A DNA stretch of 64,000 bases from the NCBI GenBank assembly GCA_964589485.1, contig CAZPRK010000001.1, positions 48,369-112,368 on the forward strand. Reading direction: 5' to 3'. Position numbers and translations under genes: made by a program. The notes beneath the pieces are model-generated. The model did not search any database, was not told the origin of the DNA, and saw nothing but the letters and a program-made list of their open reading frames with translations. Below, piece after piece: positions 54,185-63,494 of the stretch; the first letter of the stretch is position 1, and the number at the start of each line of letters is the position of its first letter. Origin of the DNA: an uncultured Methanosarcinales archaeon. GTDB lineage: Archaea > Nanobdellota > Nanobdellia > Woesearchaeales > CAYSVS01.

Positions 54185-56449
54185 TTATTCCATCATATAA
54201 GAACTTTGCGTTCCTGCATTTTGAAGTTTTTCTATTTTTTCAATATTTTTCTGTAATAAGTAATTTTTAGCTTTATCATTCACTAAACTTAACATTTGTG
54301 CTATATGTCTTACTACATTTTTTATATTTAAAATTAATGAATTTGAACTACCGGGGGGGTTATTTATACAGGAAGAATATTCTTTTGAATCTGGCGGACA
54401 ACTTATTACAGGATGTATTGAATGAAAAGAAACTACTCCACTTAATGCATCTGTGCCACCAGCTATTGTAACAAAAACAATAGGTTCTAACGAATTATTA
54501 AATTTTTTAATAAATTCTTCACTTTCTGCAGGTTGTTTATGAGCTGAACAAATTTTAGTTTGATATGCTATTCCGTAATTTTTAAGCTCAAGTACAATTT
54601 TATCAATATGTTCTTGGTCACTATCACTTCCTGCCATTATAACTACCGTACTTCCACTTATATATTGTGATTCTTTTAAGTTATGTATTAAATTATTTCT
54701 AACATTTCCTTCAGGGAACTTAAACACTTCTCCAGTTAATTGTTCATAAAGTTTAATATATCTATATGAGCATTCAATAATATCTTCATCTGCTAATTTA
54801 GGGATTTCTCCTGAGCTATCGTAACTAAATCCTTTTTCTGTTAAAACATCCCTAATGAATTGTTTAGATAGTTCTTTAATTTTTAAATTAGGATTTTGTT
54901 TTAATACTTCATTAACATCATTCCCTAAAGAAGAAATTTCTTTAAACTTTTCATATTCTTCAATGGTACAATATCTTGAAGAGTCTGGTGTATTAGCTTC
55001 ATCAATTAAACATAACTCGTTATTTTCATCTAATCCAAATTCATACTTAGTGTCAATAAAAACTAATCCTGATTTTTGAGCTAATTCTTCTCCTCTTTTG
55101 TACAATTTAAGTGAAATTTCTTTTACTTTAAGAGCTAATTCTTTTCCTATTTTATTTTCAACTTCTTCAAACGTCATAGGTTCATCGTGTTCAGATTTGG
55201 TTGTGGGAGTAAATATAGGTTCATTTAATTTCTGGTATCTTTTTAATCCATCTTTTAAAATGTTACCACAAAAATTTCTATCACCTTTTTCATAAGCTTT
55301 AGCCATACTTCCCCAAACATATCCTCTTACAACACATTCAACCATTATATTTTTACAATATTTTTGTATAAGTACATTTTTATCTGGACTTTTAATATTA
55401 GCGTTTTTAACAATATCAACTGTTTGATTCATAGACCAATCATTTATCTGGTTAAGAACCATTCCTTTAAATGGAATTTGTCTATCTAAAACATGATCAA
55501 ATGCACTAACTCTGTCACTTGCAATCATAAAATTTTTTTCTCCAATTTGTTTTTTTCCTAGATGCACATGTCGCACTTTACCTTTAATTTCTTCTCCTAA
55601 TTCAGGAACATATGCATAATTTAATGTATTGTTTAAATTCAATTTTATAATTTCTTTGTAATCCATTTTATTTTCCTCCTTGAAATAATTAACAGCATTT
55701 TGAAAAATTTGTAAATTATTTTTAAAAAAACCATTTTCTTTTTTATGATAAAAATCAGGTGAATTTATTTTATAAATTGCTCTTTCAGGATGAGGCATCA
55801 TTCCCATAATTCTTCCAGAGAAGTCACATATTCCTGCTATATCTTCCATAGAACCGTTAGGGTTAAATGGATATTCTCCATTAGCAAATGTAGAGTTATT
55901 CATATATTTGAAAACAATTTGATTTTTTTCTTTTAATAAATTTAATATATTTTTATTACAATAAAATTTACCTTCTCCATGTGCAATAGGCATTTTAATA
56001 ACTTTTATGTTTTTTGTAAAAACGCAATTGGTTTCTAAAGTTTGTAATTTTACCCATCTACATTCATATCTTTCTTGATTATTTGGAATTAATGCTACAT
56101 TTCTTTCACCGTATTCTTTTTCATTTAATGCAAATAGTCCTAAGTTAACCATTACTTGAAAACCATTACATATTCCAAGAATAAGTTTTTTATCTTGAAT
56201 AAACGTTATTAATTTATCCCATAAATTATTTTTTATTTTATTAGCTAATGCATTTCCACTTCCTGTGTCGTCTCCATATGAAAATCCCCCGGGGAACATA
56301 AGAATATCGTAATTAGTTAGATTAACTTTATTGGAAATTAAATCATTTACATGAACTATTTCAGAAGTAGCTCCAACTAATTCGAATGCATGTGCACTTT
56401 CTTTTTCACAATTAATCCCATACCCTGATAATATTAAAACTTTTACCAT
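54185..56449 (-). CDS. Trifunctional fusion: FGAM synthase glutaminase (PurQ) - SAICAR synthetase (PurC) - AIR carboxylase (PurE)
   Basis: Residues about 1-260 are PurQ-like (GICNGFQ, HGEG, MPHPER). Residues about 265-610 are PurC (ASDRVSAFD). Residues about 615-754 are PurE (VVIMAGSDSD, AGGTDALSG). Confidence 0.8.
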   Translation of the reverse strand: MVKVLILSGYGINCEKESAHAFELVGATSEIVHVNDLISNKVNLTNYDILMFPGGFSYGDDTGSGNALANKIKNNLWDKLITFIQDKKLILGICNGFQVMVNLGLFALNEKEYGERNVALIPNNQERYECRWVKLQTLETNCVFTKNIKVIKMPIAHGEGKFYCNKNILNLLKEKNQIVFKYMNNSTFANGEYPFNPNGSMEDIAGICDFSGRIMGMMPHPERAIYKINSPDFYHKKENGFFKNNLQIFQNAVNYFKEENKMDYKEIIKLNLNNTLNYAYVPELGEEIKGKVRHVHLGKKQIGEKNFMIASDRVSAFDHVLDRQIPFKGMVLNQINDWSMNQTVDIVKNANIKSPDKNVLIQKYCKNIMVECVVRGYVWGSMAKAYEKGDRNFCGNILKDGLKRYQKLNEPIFTPTTKSEHDEPMTFEEVENKIGKELALKVKEISLKLYKRGEELAQKSGLVFIDTKYEFGLDENNELCLIDEANTPDSSRYCTIEEYEKFKEISSLGNDVNEVLKQNPNLKIKELSKQFIRDVLTEKGFSYDSSGEIPKLADEDIIECSYRYIKLYEQLTGEVFKFPEGNVRNNLIHNLKESQYISGSTVVIMAGSDSDQEHIDKIVLELKNYGIAYQTKICSAHKQPAESEEFIKKFNNSLEPIVFVTIAGGTDALSGVVSFHSIHPVISCPPDSKEYSSCINNPPGSSNSLILNIKNVVRHIAQMLSLVNDKAKNYLLQKNIEKIEKLQNAGTQSSYMME

Positions 56450-59283
56450 TCTTTAAACCTTTCACGATATATTTTATCTAATTCATTAACTTTAATATTG
56501 AGAACTTCTTTATTATCTTTTATTACAAAATCTTGACCTTCAACTACACCTATGTGAAATAAATTAAATTCTTTAAGTTCTTCTTCTATAATATTTTTAT
56601 GTTTTTTATTTATTGTAACAACAAATCGAGATTGAGATTCAGAATATGATTTAGTAAACGTGTTAATAGAGGGTATTGCTTTAATGTCAACATTAACACC
56701 AAGTTGTCCTGCGATTGACATTTTTGCTAAACATGTTATCAATCCCCCTCTTTCAATTGATGCACAGGAATTAAAAATTTCTTTTTGATGTATTTCATAC
56801 ATTTTTTCATATAATTGCCTAGCTTTTTTCGCATTAACTTTTGGAGACTTAAAGCTCTTTTTACCTAATATGTAAAATACTTCACTGCCTCCCATTTCAT
56901 CAAAAGTATCCCCTATTAAATAAATTAAATCTCCTTCTTTTTTTATATCCATTGAACAAGTTTTGTTTACATCTTCAATTACACCTATGCTGGAAATTAA
57001 TAAAGTTGGATTTATGGAAATGTTTATTTCTTCATTTTTATCATTAAATCCTTTAAAGTCATTAAACATACTATCTTTCCCAGAAATAAAAGGAGTCATA
57101 AATTCAGTAGCATAGTTATAACATCCTCTGGCTGCAGCTTCCAATTGAAATAATTTTTTAGAATCATTAGAACTACACCAACAAAAATTATCAAGTAATG
57201 CTAAATGATTAATATTTCCTCCAACAGCTACACAATTTCTGATAGCAGTATCTATCGCATTTGCAGCCATATCGTAACAATTTATTTCACTTAACCTTGG
57301 ATTTAAATGTTGGGATAAAACAACACCTTTATTAGAATTAAAAAGTGGTTTAATTATGGATGTATTTCCGTTAACTCTTCCTTTCCCTTGCAACGGTTTT
57401 AATATTGAATTACTTTGAACTTCATGATCATATTGTTTAGAAATAAATTCAGTACTACAAATATTATGACTTCCAATAACTTTTTTAAATAAAGCTAATT
57501 GATCAATTTCTTCAATTTCATCTTCATAATCAATATAATTATATTTTTCAGTTTTTAATATTTTAACTGGGTTTCCATTATGCAAAAATTCCATATCCAA
57601 ATTTAAAATCTCTTTTCCATAAAAATTCACAATAGCTTTTTCACTTGAATTAAATTTTCCTATTATTGTTGTTTCTACATCTCTACTTTCCATTAAATTA
57701 ATAAATTCTTGTAATTTATTATCTGAAATTGACAAAGTCATTCTTTCTTGAGATTCAGAAATCCAAATTTCCCATGGATCAAGTCCAGGATATTTTAGTT
57801 TAACTTTTTCTAAGTCTACAATAAATCCACCGCATTCTTTAGCCATTTCCGCAACACTACAACTTAATCCGCCTGCGCCATTATCAGTTATACTGTTAAA
57901 TAAATTTAAATCTCTTGCTTCTTTTATTACTGCATCTGATAATTTTTTTTGTGTTATAGGATCTCCAATTTGAACCGCTGTAGCTGGACTTTTTTCATCT
58001 AATGTTTCCGATGAAAAAGTTGCTCCATGTATACCATCTTTTCCAACTCTTCCTCCTATAATAACAATATTGTCATTAGGAAGTGCCTTTTTTTCATAAT
58101 AAATTCTATTTTTTTTTTTTCTTGGAATTAAACCAATTGTTCCAACAAAAACTAAAGGCTTTCCTTTATAACTTTCATCAAAATTAACAAACCCTGTAGG
58201 TGTAGGAATGCCTGAACAATTACCTCCAACATTTACACCTTCAATTATTCCTTTTAATATTCTAGACGGAGGTAACATGGCATTATTTTGATTTTTTCCT
58301 CTAAATAATAATGAATTATCTTCAGGTTTTGCAACACAAAATCCATACCTGTTTGCGATTGGTAATGCTCCAATACCAAAACCAATAATATCTCTATTAA
58401 CTCCAACTATGCCTGTTATAGCGCCTCCAAATGGGTCTAAGGCACTTGGGCTATTATGAGTTTCTACTTTATCTGCGATAATATATTCATCATTAAATAT
58501 TATTCCGCCAGCATTATCATGAAATACACTTAAACAAAAATCATTTTTTTTTCTAATTTTTTCAGTTGCACCTTTAATATATTTTTTATATAATCCTTCT
58601 TTAACTTCTCCTAAAGGTGAGGCAAAAATAGTATGTTTACAATGTTCACTCCAAGTTTGAGCAATACTTTCAATTTCAATATCTCTAGGCTTCCTATTTT
58701 TAAAATATTCTTTTATTTTTTTCATATCTAATTCATCTAATGCTAATGTTCCTCTCCTAACATTATTAGAATCTAGAATACCTTTTTTTCCTAATTCAAT
58801 TAAATCAGCAGTTTCTAAATCTATTTCTAAAATTTCACCTTTAGAGTTAATTGAAACTTTTGGAATAATTAAATCCATATCTTTATCTTTTAAATATTGT
58901 TCATATGTTTTAATATGATATCTTTCAATTAATGGATTTATTTTTTTTAAAGCTATTTTTTCAACTTCATCTTTATTTAATTTTTCTGAAATAAAAATAG
59001 TATTAGAACTATATACAAAACTATTATCTTTTAATTTAAACATATCTTTAATTATTTCACTTGCAGTTTTTCCAACATTATCAGTAACCCCTGGAAGAAA
59101 GCCTAATTCTAAAACCCAATGACATTCAACTTTCTTTGGTTCATTAATCCTTATTTCTTCTATTACTGGGTTGTGTAGGGCATTAGCAATTCGATTAATT
59201 TCAGTTTCTGAGAAATTTCGATCTATAGTGTAAACTTTACTAAATAACTTAGAATTAATTTTAGAATCGATTGAAATCCTCAT
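56443..59283 (-). CDS. purL: FGAM synthase PurL with about 200-aa N-terminal PurS-like / lgPurL-N-like extension
   Basis: 946 aa. The conserved SEHCKHTIF sits about 215 residues in. The N-terminus LGFLPGVTDNVGKTASEII resembles PurS. Confidence 0.85.
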   Translation of the reverse strand: MRISIDSKINSKLFSKVYTIDRNFSETEINRIANALHNPVIEEIRINEPKKVECHWVLELGFLPGVTDNVGKTASEIIKDMFKLKDNSFVYSSNTIFISEKLNKDEVEKIALKKINPLIERYHIKTYEQYLKDKDMDLIIPKVSINSKGEILEIDLETADLIELGKKGILDSNNVRRGTLALDELDMKKIKEYFKNRKPRDIEIESIAQTWSEHCKHTIFASPLGEVKEGLYKKYIKGATEKIRKKNDFCLSVFHDNAGGIIFNDEYIIADKVETHNSPSALDPFGGAITGIVGVNRDIIGFGIGALPIANRYGFCVAKPEDNSLLFRGKNQNNAMLPPSRILKGIIEGVNVGGNCSGIPTPTGFVNFDESYKGKPLVFVGTIGLIPRKKKNRIYYEKKALPNDNIVIIGGRVGKDGIHGATFSSETLDEKSPATAVQIGDPITQKKLSDAVIKEARDLNLFNSITDNGAGGLSCSVAEMAKECGGFIVDLEKVKLKYPGLDPWEIWISESQERMTLSISDNKLQEFINLMESRDVETTIIGKFNSSEKAIVNFYGKEILNLDMEFLHNGNPVKILKTEKYNYIDYEDEIEEIDQLALFKKVIGSHNICSTEFISKQYDHEVQSNSILKPLQGKGRVNGNTSIIKPLFNSNKGVVLSQHLNPRLSEINCYDMAANAIDTAIRNCVAVGGNINHLALLDNFCWCSSNDSKKLFQLEAAARGCYNYATEFMTPFISGKDSMFNDFKGFNDKNEEINISINPTLLISSIGVIEDVNKTCSMDIKKEGDLIYLIGDTFDEMGGSEVFYILGKKSFKSPKVNAKKARQLYEKMYEIHQKEIFNSCASIERGGLITCLAKMSIAGQLGVNVDIKAIPSINTFTKSYSESQSRFVVTINKKHKNIIEEELKEFNLFHIGVVEGQDFVIKDNKEVLNIKVNELDKIYRERFKEW

Positions 59284-59346
59284 AAAAACACCTTACTTTA
59301 GGCTTTAAACTTCTTTATTTAAAGATTATTCTTGTTGAGAATATAG

Positions 59347-60018
59347 TTATTGACTTACCATCAATAAAGAACCATTTCCATCTAAAAATACTGGTTTAAC
59401 GTATGCTATTTGAGTAAAGTTTAATTTTTTTGAATATATTATTGTACTTGGACTTCCTTCCATAGCTTCTACAATTATTTGTTTACCTTTTAACCTTTTA
59501 ATTCTTTCATTTACAAGTTTCATTGCAATTCCTTTTCCTTGATATTTTGGTATAACTCCTAAATCAGTAAGGTGAGCTAATTTATTTGGCTTTAAGATAA
59601 CTTTATTTCTAGCAAAAAGAATATTTACTTTAGGTTCGCCTGGTTGCTCATAACTAGTTTCAAAATGCTCAAACCCTTCAGCAGCATCATAAAATCCAAT
59701 ATTGACCCCATATTTACTTTTCCAAGGATCATGTTTTATTTTCTCAAGACTTAATCTAATTAAGTGTTCATTTGGTTTTTTAAAATTAAGGTGTTTTAAT
59801 AACATCAAACCTTCTATTCTTTCATTAGTTAAATCATCTGTTGTTTCAGTATACATACCATAACCTATAACTTTATCATCAATTTCTGCTACAATAGTTT
59901 TAGTATTTTTATCATTTAAATTACAAAATAACTCTTCTTCATTAAGCGTTGGAAAACAAAGTTTAATAACTTCTTCAATATTATCTTTTTTCTCTAATTC
60001 TCTGATAGTTGTTTCCAT
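59347..60018 (-). CDS. GNAT-family N-acetyltransferase
   Basis: LGVIPKYQGKGIAMKL (motif A, Q/RxxGxG/A). Confidence 0.55.
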   Translation of the reverse strand: METTIRELEKKDNIEEVIKLCFPTLNEEELFCNLNDKNTKTIVAEIDDKVIGYGMYTETTDDLTNERIEGLMLLKHLNFKKPNEHLIRLSLEKIKHDPWKSKYGVNIGFYDAAEGFEHFETSYEQPGEPKVNILFARNKVILKPNKLAHLTDLGVIPKYQGKGIAMKLVNERIKRLKGKQIIVEAMEGSPSTIIYSKKLNFTQIAYVKPVFLDGNGSLLMVSQ

Positions 60019-60042
60019 AAACTTATACTTTGTTTAGTATAC

Positions 60043-61134
60043 TTAAAAAACTAACTCTCCACCATTAAAACCTTTACTTTTAATTTTAATATCTGGGTTT
60101 TCAGTTACTTTCCCACAAACTTTAGCATTAATATTATATTTTAAAGCAATTTCAATTACTTTTTCAGGTTCAGGAGAAATTATCAATAACCCTTGCCCCA
60201 TACACCATGTTTTATACGCTTCAGAATCAGATATATTACCAATTTCTTGACAATGTAACATTAAAGAACATGGGTTAAATAAATTATCTAAAATAGCACC
60301 ATACCCATTAGTTTCTAAAACTCTTCTTAATTTTCCTACAACTCCTCCACCTGTAACATGTACAACTCCATTTAATTTAACTTTAGCTTCATTTTCAATT
60401 CCGCCAAACATATCACATACAGCTTTAGAGTAAATTTTACTAGGAAATAATGCAATATTACCAATTTTTTCTCCATTTAATTCAGAATTATGCCATTCGT
60501 CTCCATATTTCTCTGAAAGAACTTTTCTTAATAACGAAAACCCATTACTTCTAAACCCTTTTTCTTCTAAAGCGATAATAGAATCCCCGACTGAAATATT
60601 TTTTCCAGTAATAATTTTATTTTTATTTACAAACCATACAACTGTTGAACCCCAGTTATAGTTAAATTTACCAAATCCATTAACTCTTTTTCCAATTTCA
60701 GCAATTTCTCCGTTTACAACTACAACATTAGCTTCCTCAGCAGCTTTAATATATCCTTGAGCTAATTCTTTCATTAAATTAACATTTATACTATTTACGT
60801 CTAATATACTTCCAATTATAACTGGTTCAGCTCCTCTAACGATGGCATCATCACAAACCATTGCAAATAAATCAAATGCTATTGTATTATGTTTATTCAT
60901 TCTTTCGGCTATTTCAATTTTAGTTCCAACTCCATCAAATCCGATGTTCATTAAAGTACCTTGTGGCAAAGAAGAAATATCAATAACTCTTAATCCTGAA
61001 AAATCATCCGTTGGCGTAATAACTTTTCCTAATCCTTGTCTATTTTTCCAAGTTTCTTTAGCAGCATTATAAAAAATTTTACTAACTTCATCACCTAATT
61101 CAGTATTAACGCCAGATTCAGCATAATTAGTCAT
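60043..61134 (-). CDS. purM: AIR synthetase
   Basis: DGVGTK motif and overall match to E. coli PurM. Confidence 0.9.
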   Translation of the reverse strand: MTNYAESGVNTELGDEVSKIFYNAAKETWKNRQGLGKVITPTDDFSGLRVIDISSLPQGTLMNIGFDGVGTKIEIAERMNKHNTIAFDLFAMVCDDAIVRGAEPVIIGSILDVNSINVNLMKELAQGYIKAAEEANVVVVNGEIAEIGKRVNGFGKFNYNWGSTVVWFVNKNKIITGKNISVGDSIIALEEKGFRSNGFSLLRKVLSEKYGDEWHNSELNGEKIGNIALFPSKIYSKAVCDMFGGIENEAKVKLNGVVHVTGGGVVGKLRRVLETNGYGAILDNLFNPCSLMLHCQEIGNISDSEAYKTWCMGQGLLIISPEPEKVIEIALKYNINAKVCGKVTENPDIKIKSKGFNGGELVF

Positions 61135-61234
61135 ATTTTTTACAATAATATAATCTCATATATATTCATTTTGGAAAGCTTTAAATATTAATTATATATA
61201 TTAAGAAGTATAAGTTAAAAGAGAGGTGTAGCTT

Positions 61235-61423
61235 ATGGCTTTTGGTATGGCTGAAGTAACTTTAGCAATTATTGTTGGAACTTTACTTTCAATTGTATAT
61301 AGTTTAAGAGTTTTAGTTTTAATGGACAGAAGGATTGAAAGAATAGAAGAACATATAGAATCTGTAGTAGAAAGAATTTTGCGTGAAGAACTTTCTATTA
61401 AAAAGAAAAGAAAAAGAAAGTAA
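61235..61423 (+). CDS. Small membrane protein with basic C-terminal tail (62 aa)
   Basis: GAGAGGTG SD 7 nt upstream; one TM helix then a charged helix. Preferred over the antisense ORF 61201..61431. Confidence 0.4.
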   Translation: MAFGMAEVTLAIIVGTLLSIVYSLRVLVLMDRRIERIEEHIESVVERILREELSIKKKRKRK

Positions 61424-61425
61424 AA

Positions 61426-62280
61426 ATGCAAAATTTTAATTTTCTTTTAAAGAAGCTAAATAATTTAAAAACTTCTGAAATGAAAGTTAATACTGGCTTA
61501 GATTTTATAAGAGGTTCTTTAAATAAAAAGAATGTTTCTAATTTTTTACATTCATGTAAAAATAAATTAGATAATAGTAATCAAACTTTAATTAATTCGT
61601 TTAATTATTTATTACATAACTCACATCAGTTAGATAAAACTGAAGATTTGCAAGATTTAGTTAATGGACGAATTCTTAGACTTAAAAAACATTTTCATGT
61701 TTCTCAAGATAAAATTGCAGAATATACTTCAAATAAAATAACAAATAAAATGATAGTTTTTGTTCACGGAAATTGTAATCTTATATCCAATTCTTTAATA
61801 TTGGCTGGTAAGAATAAAAAATTTGAAGTTCATTTAACTGAAGGAAAGCCATTTAATCATGGTAAAGAATTTATTAAAAAACTAAATAAATCTAAACTTC
61901 CACTTAAATTTTATTATGATGCTGCTGTTAGACAAGCATTAAAAAAAACAGATTTAATTCTATTAAGTGCAAATTCTATAACGAGCGAAGGTAAAATTAT
62001 GTCTCCTATTGGATCTGAGGTTATTGCTGAATTGGCAAGAAACTATGATATTCCTGTTTATTGTTGTGTTAATTCTCTTAATTTTAATCCTGAATCTATT
62101 AAGGGAGTTGAAGAATTTGAAGATGTTCATGTAAAAAAATCAAAATATTTAACTCAAGATCAAACATCATACGAAATAATTTCTCCTGATTTAATTACTG
62201 GGGTTATTTCTGAGTTAGGTGTATTTAAGCCTGAAGTTTATGTTGAAGAAATTAAACAAAATTATCATTGGATGTTTTAA
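61426..62280 (+). CDS. eIF-2B alpha/beta/delta family protein (aIF-2B / sugar-phosphate isomerase-like)
   Basis: IVFVHGNCNLISNSL...LLSANSITSEGKIMSPIGSEVIAELARNYDIPVYCC matches the family core. Confidence 0.7.
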   Translation: MQNFNFLLKKLNNLKTSEMKVNTGLDFIRGSLNKKNVSNFLHSCKNKLDNSNQTLINSFNYLLHNSHQLDKTEDLQDLVNGRILRLKKHFHVSQDKIAEYTSNKITNKMIVFVHGNCNLISNSLILAGKNKKFEVHLTEGKPFNHGKEFIKKLNKSKLPLKFYYDAAVRQALKKTDLILLSANSITSEGKIMSPIGSEVIAELARNYDIPVYCCVNSLNFNPESIKGVEEFEDVHVKKSKYLTQDQTSYEIISPDLITGVISELGVFKPEVYVEEIKQNYHWMF

Positions 62281-62460
62281 CGTTTTTTAACTTTTTTTTT
62301 AATTACTTTTTTCTTGACTACTTTTTTTGATTTTACAGTTTTCTTTTTTACTGTTTTTTTAACAACCTTTTTTTTGGTTGGTTTTTTTAGTTTTGTAACT
62401 TTTTTCTTAATAACTTTCTTTTTTACTACTTTTTTCTTATTTTCTTTAGGTTGTTCTGGT
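62277..62460 (-). repeat. Tandem lysine-codon repeat encoding the TFE tail (poly-T rich on plus strand)
   Basis: Plus strand is T-rich with a roughly 21-24 nt periodicity; protein KKKVVKKKVIKKKVTKLKK... Confidence 0.6.
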
Positions 62461-62990
62461 TCAGTAGCTACTTGTTTTATTATTTTCTTATTGGCTAATT
62501 CTTTTTCAAGATTTTTAATTTGTTTTTCAATTTCGTTTATAACTTTACTATTATCTTTTTGATTCATTAAATCTCCACATTCAGGACATTTAAATTCAAA
62601 GTTCATAGCTTGTTCAAAATTAAGTCTCATACATTCGCTTGCGCATATAAAAAATTGTCCAGAACTTTCTCTTTTTAATCTTTCTTTTAGATTTTCAAGC
62701 CTTTCGCTTTTAACTTTTGCAGCTAAATGTAAAATTTTCTTTTTATCAAATGTCCAATAGTATATGTACCAACCTTTTCTTTTATCTTTTCTTCTAATAA
62801 AACTTACAAGATTGGCATCATAAAGCCTATAAAGCATATTTCTAGTTAAATTTACTTCTGCTTTAATTTCTTCAGCTAATTTAAATTCTGAAACATTATT
62901 TTTAGTTTTTAGTATTTGAATTAACGGAACAACATCTTCGCCAGCTACATCTGCTACTATTTCATCAATTAATTTACTAGTTATTTTCAT
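62277..62990 (-). CDS. tfe: Transcription factor E alpha (TFIIE-alpha homolog) with lysine-rich C-terminal tail
   Basis: N-terminal winged helix, zinc ribbon CASEC...CPECG, then a roughly 55-aa KKKV(V/I)KK tail. Confidence 0.75.
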   Translation of the reverse strand: MKITSKLIDEIVADVAGEDVVPLIQILKTKNNVSEFKLAEEIKAEVNLTRNMLYRLYDANLVSFIRRKDKRKGWYIYYWTFDKKKILHLAAKVKSERLENLKERLKRESSGQFFICASECMRLNFEQAMNFEFKCPECGDLMNQKDNSKVINEIEKQIKNLEKELANKKIIKQVATEPEQPKENKKKVVKKKVIKKKVTKLKKPTKKKVVKKTVKKKTVKSKKVVKKKVIKKKVKKR

Positions 62991-63098
62991 TAATAATCTC
63001 TATTGTTTTCTTGGGAAGTAATTTTATAAATCTTTCTGATTTAGTAGTATTCTTGTTTTATTTTTTGTCAAAATAATAACTAAATCTTAATAATGCTA

Positions 63099-63494
63099 TC
63101 AATTAGATAATTCTATTAATTCTTCAAAAGTAAGGCCTTTTAGCTTTGCATCATTATTATTAATGCTAAGATTAAAACTTTTAGTCTGTTTTAAGTCTTC
63201 TGGGCTAATAAAATACCATTCTTTGTTAAATTTTATAGCAATCCATGGTTCTGCTCCAAAAATTGCTGCAAATTCTTTAAGGTGTTCAATTTCTAATTCT
63301 GGAAAATATTTAGAATCTTCTTTTGTAATTTTGGCTTCTATTGCTATTTTTCTAATATTATTTCCGGCAATAAGGTCTGGACAAGGATATTTATTGCTTC
63401 CACTCCCTGCGACTCTAATGCAAGCCCAGTTATGTTTCCAAAATAAATGAACAAGTTCTCTTTCGCCATCAATTCCTTTTGATTTTCTTGACAT
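63099..63494 (-). CDS. hjc: Holliday junction resolvase Hjc
   Basis: GERELVHLFWKHNWACIRVAGSG...DLIAGNN.RKIAIEAK aligns with Pyrococcus Hjc. Confidence 0.85.
   Translation of the reverse strand: MSRKSKGIDGERELVHLFWKHNWACIRVAGSGSNKYPCPDLIAGNNIRKIAIEAKITKEDSKYFPELEIEHLKEFAAIFGAEPWIAIKFNKEWYFISPEDLKQTKSFNLSINNNDAKLKGLTFEELIELSN

Noticed and set aside
61201-61431. Minus-strand 76-aa ORF overlapping the small plus-strand ORF
   Set aside because: It has a Leu/Ser-rich low-complexity composition typical of antisense AT-rich translation. The plus-strand ORF has a strong SD and couples to the downstream gene.
12365-63450. Antisense ORFs listed in the track (12365..12604, 13119..13427, 18221..18424, 23833..24168, 24192..24389, 26610..26816, 30163..30531, 34416..34637, 39787..40068, 43149..43388, 54855..55079, 55098..55295, 60842..61072, 62314..62562, 63163..63450)
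   Set aside because: Each is fully embedded in a well-supported gene on the opposite strand and shows low-complexity Phe/Leu/Ser/Ile-rich composition expected from antisense reading of an AT-rich genome.
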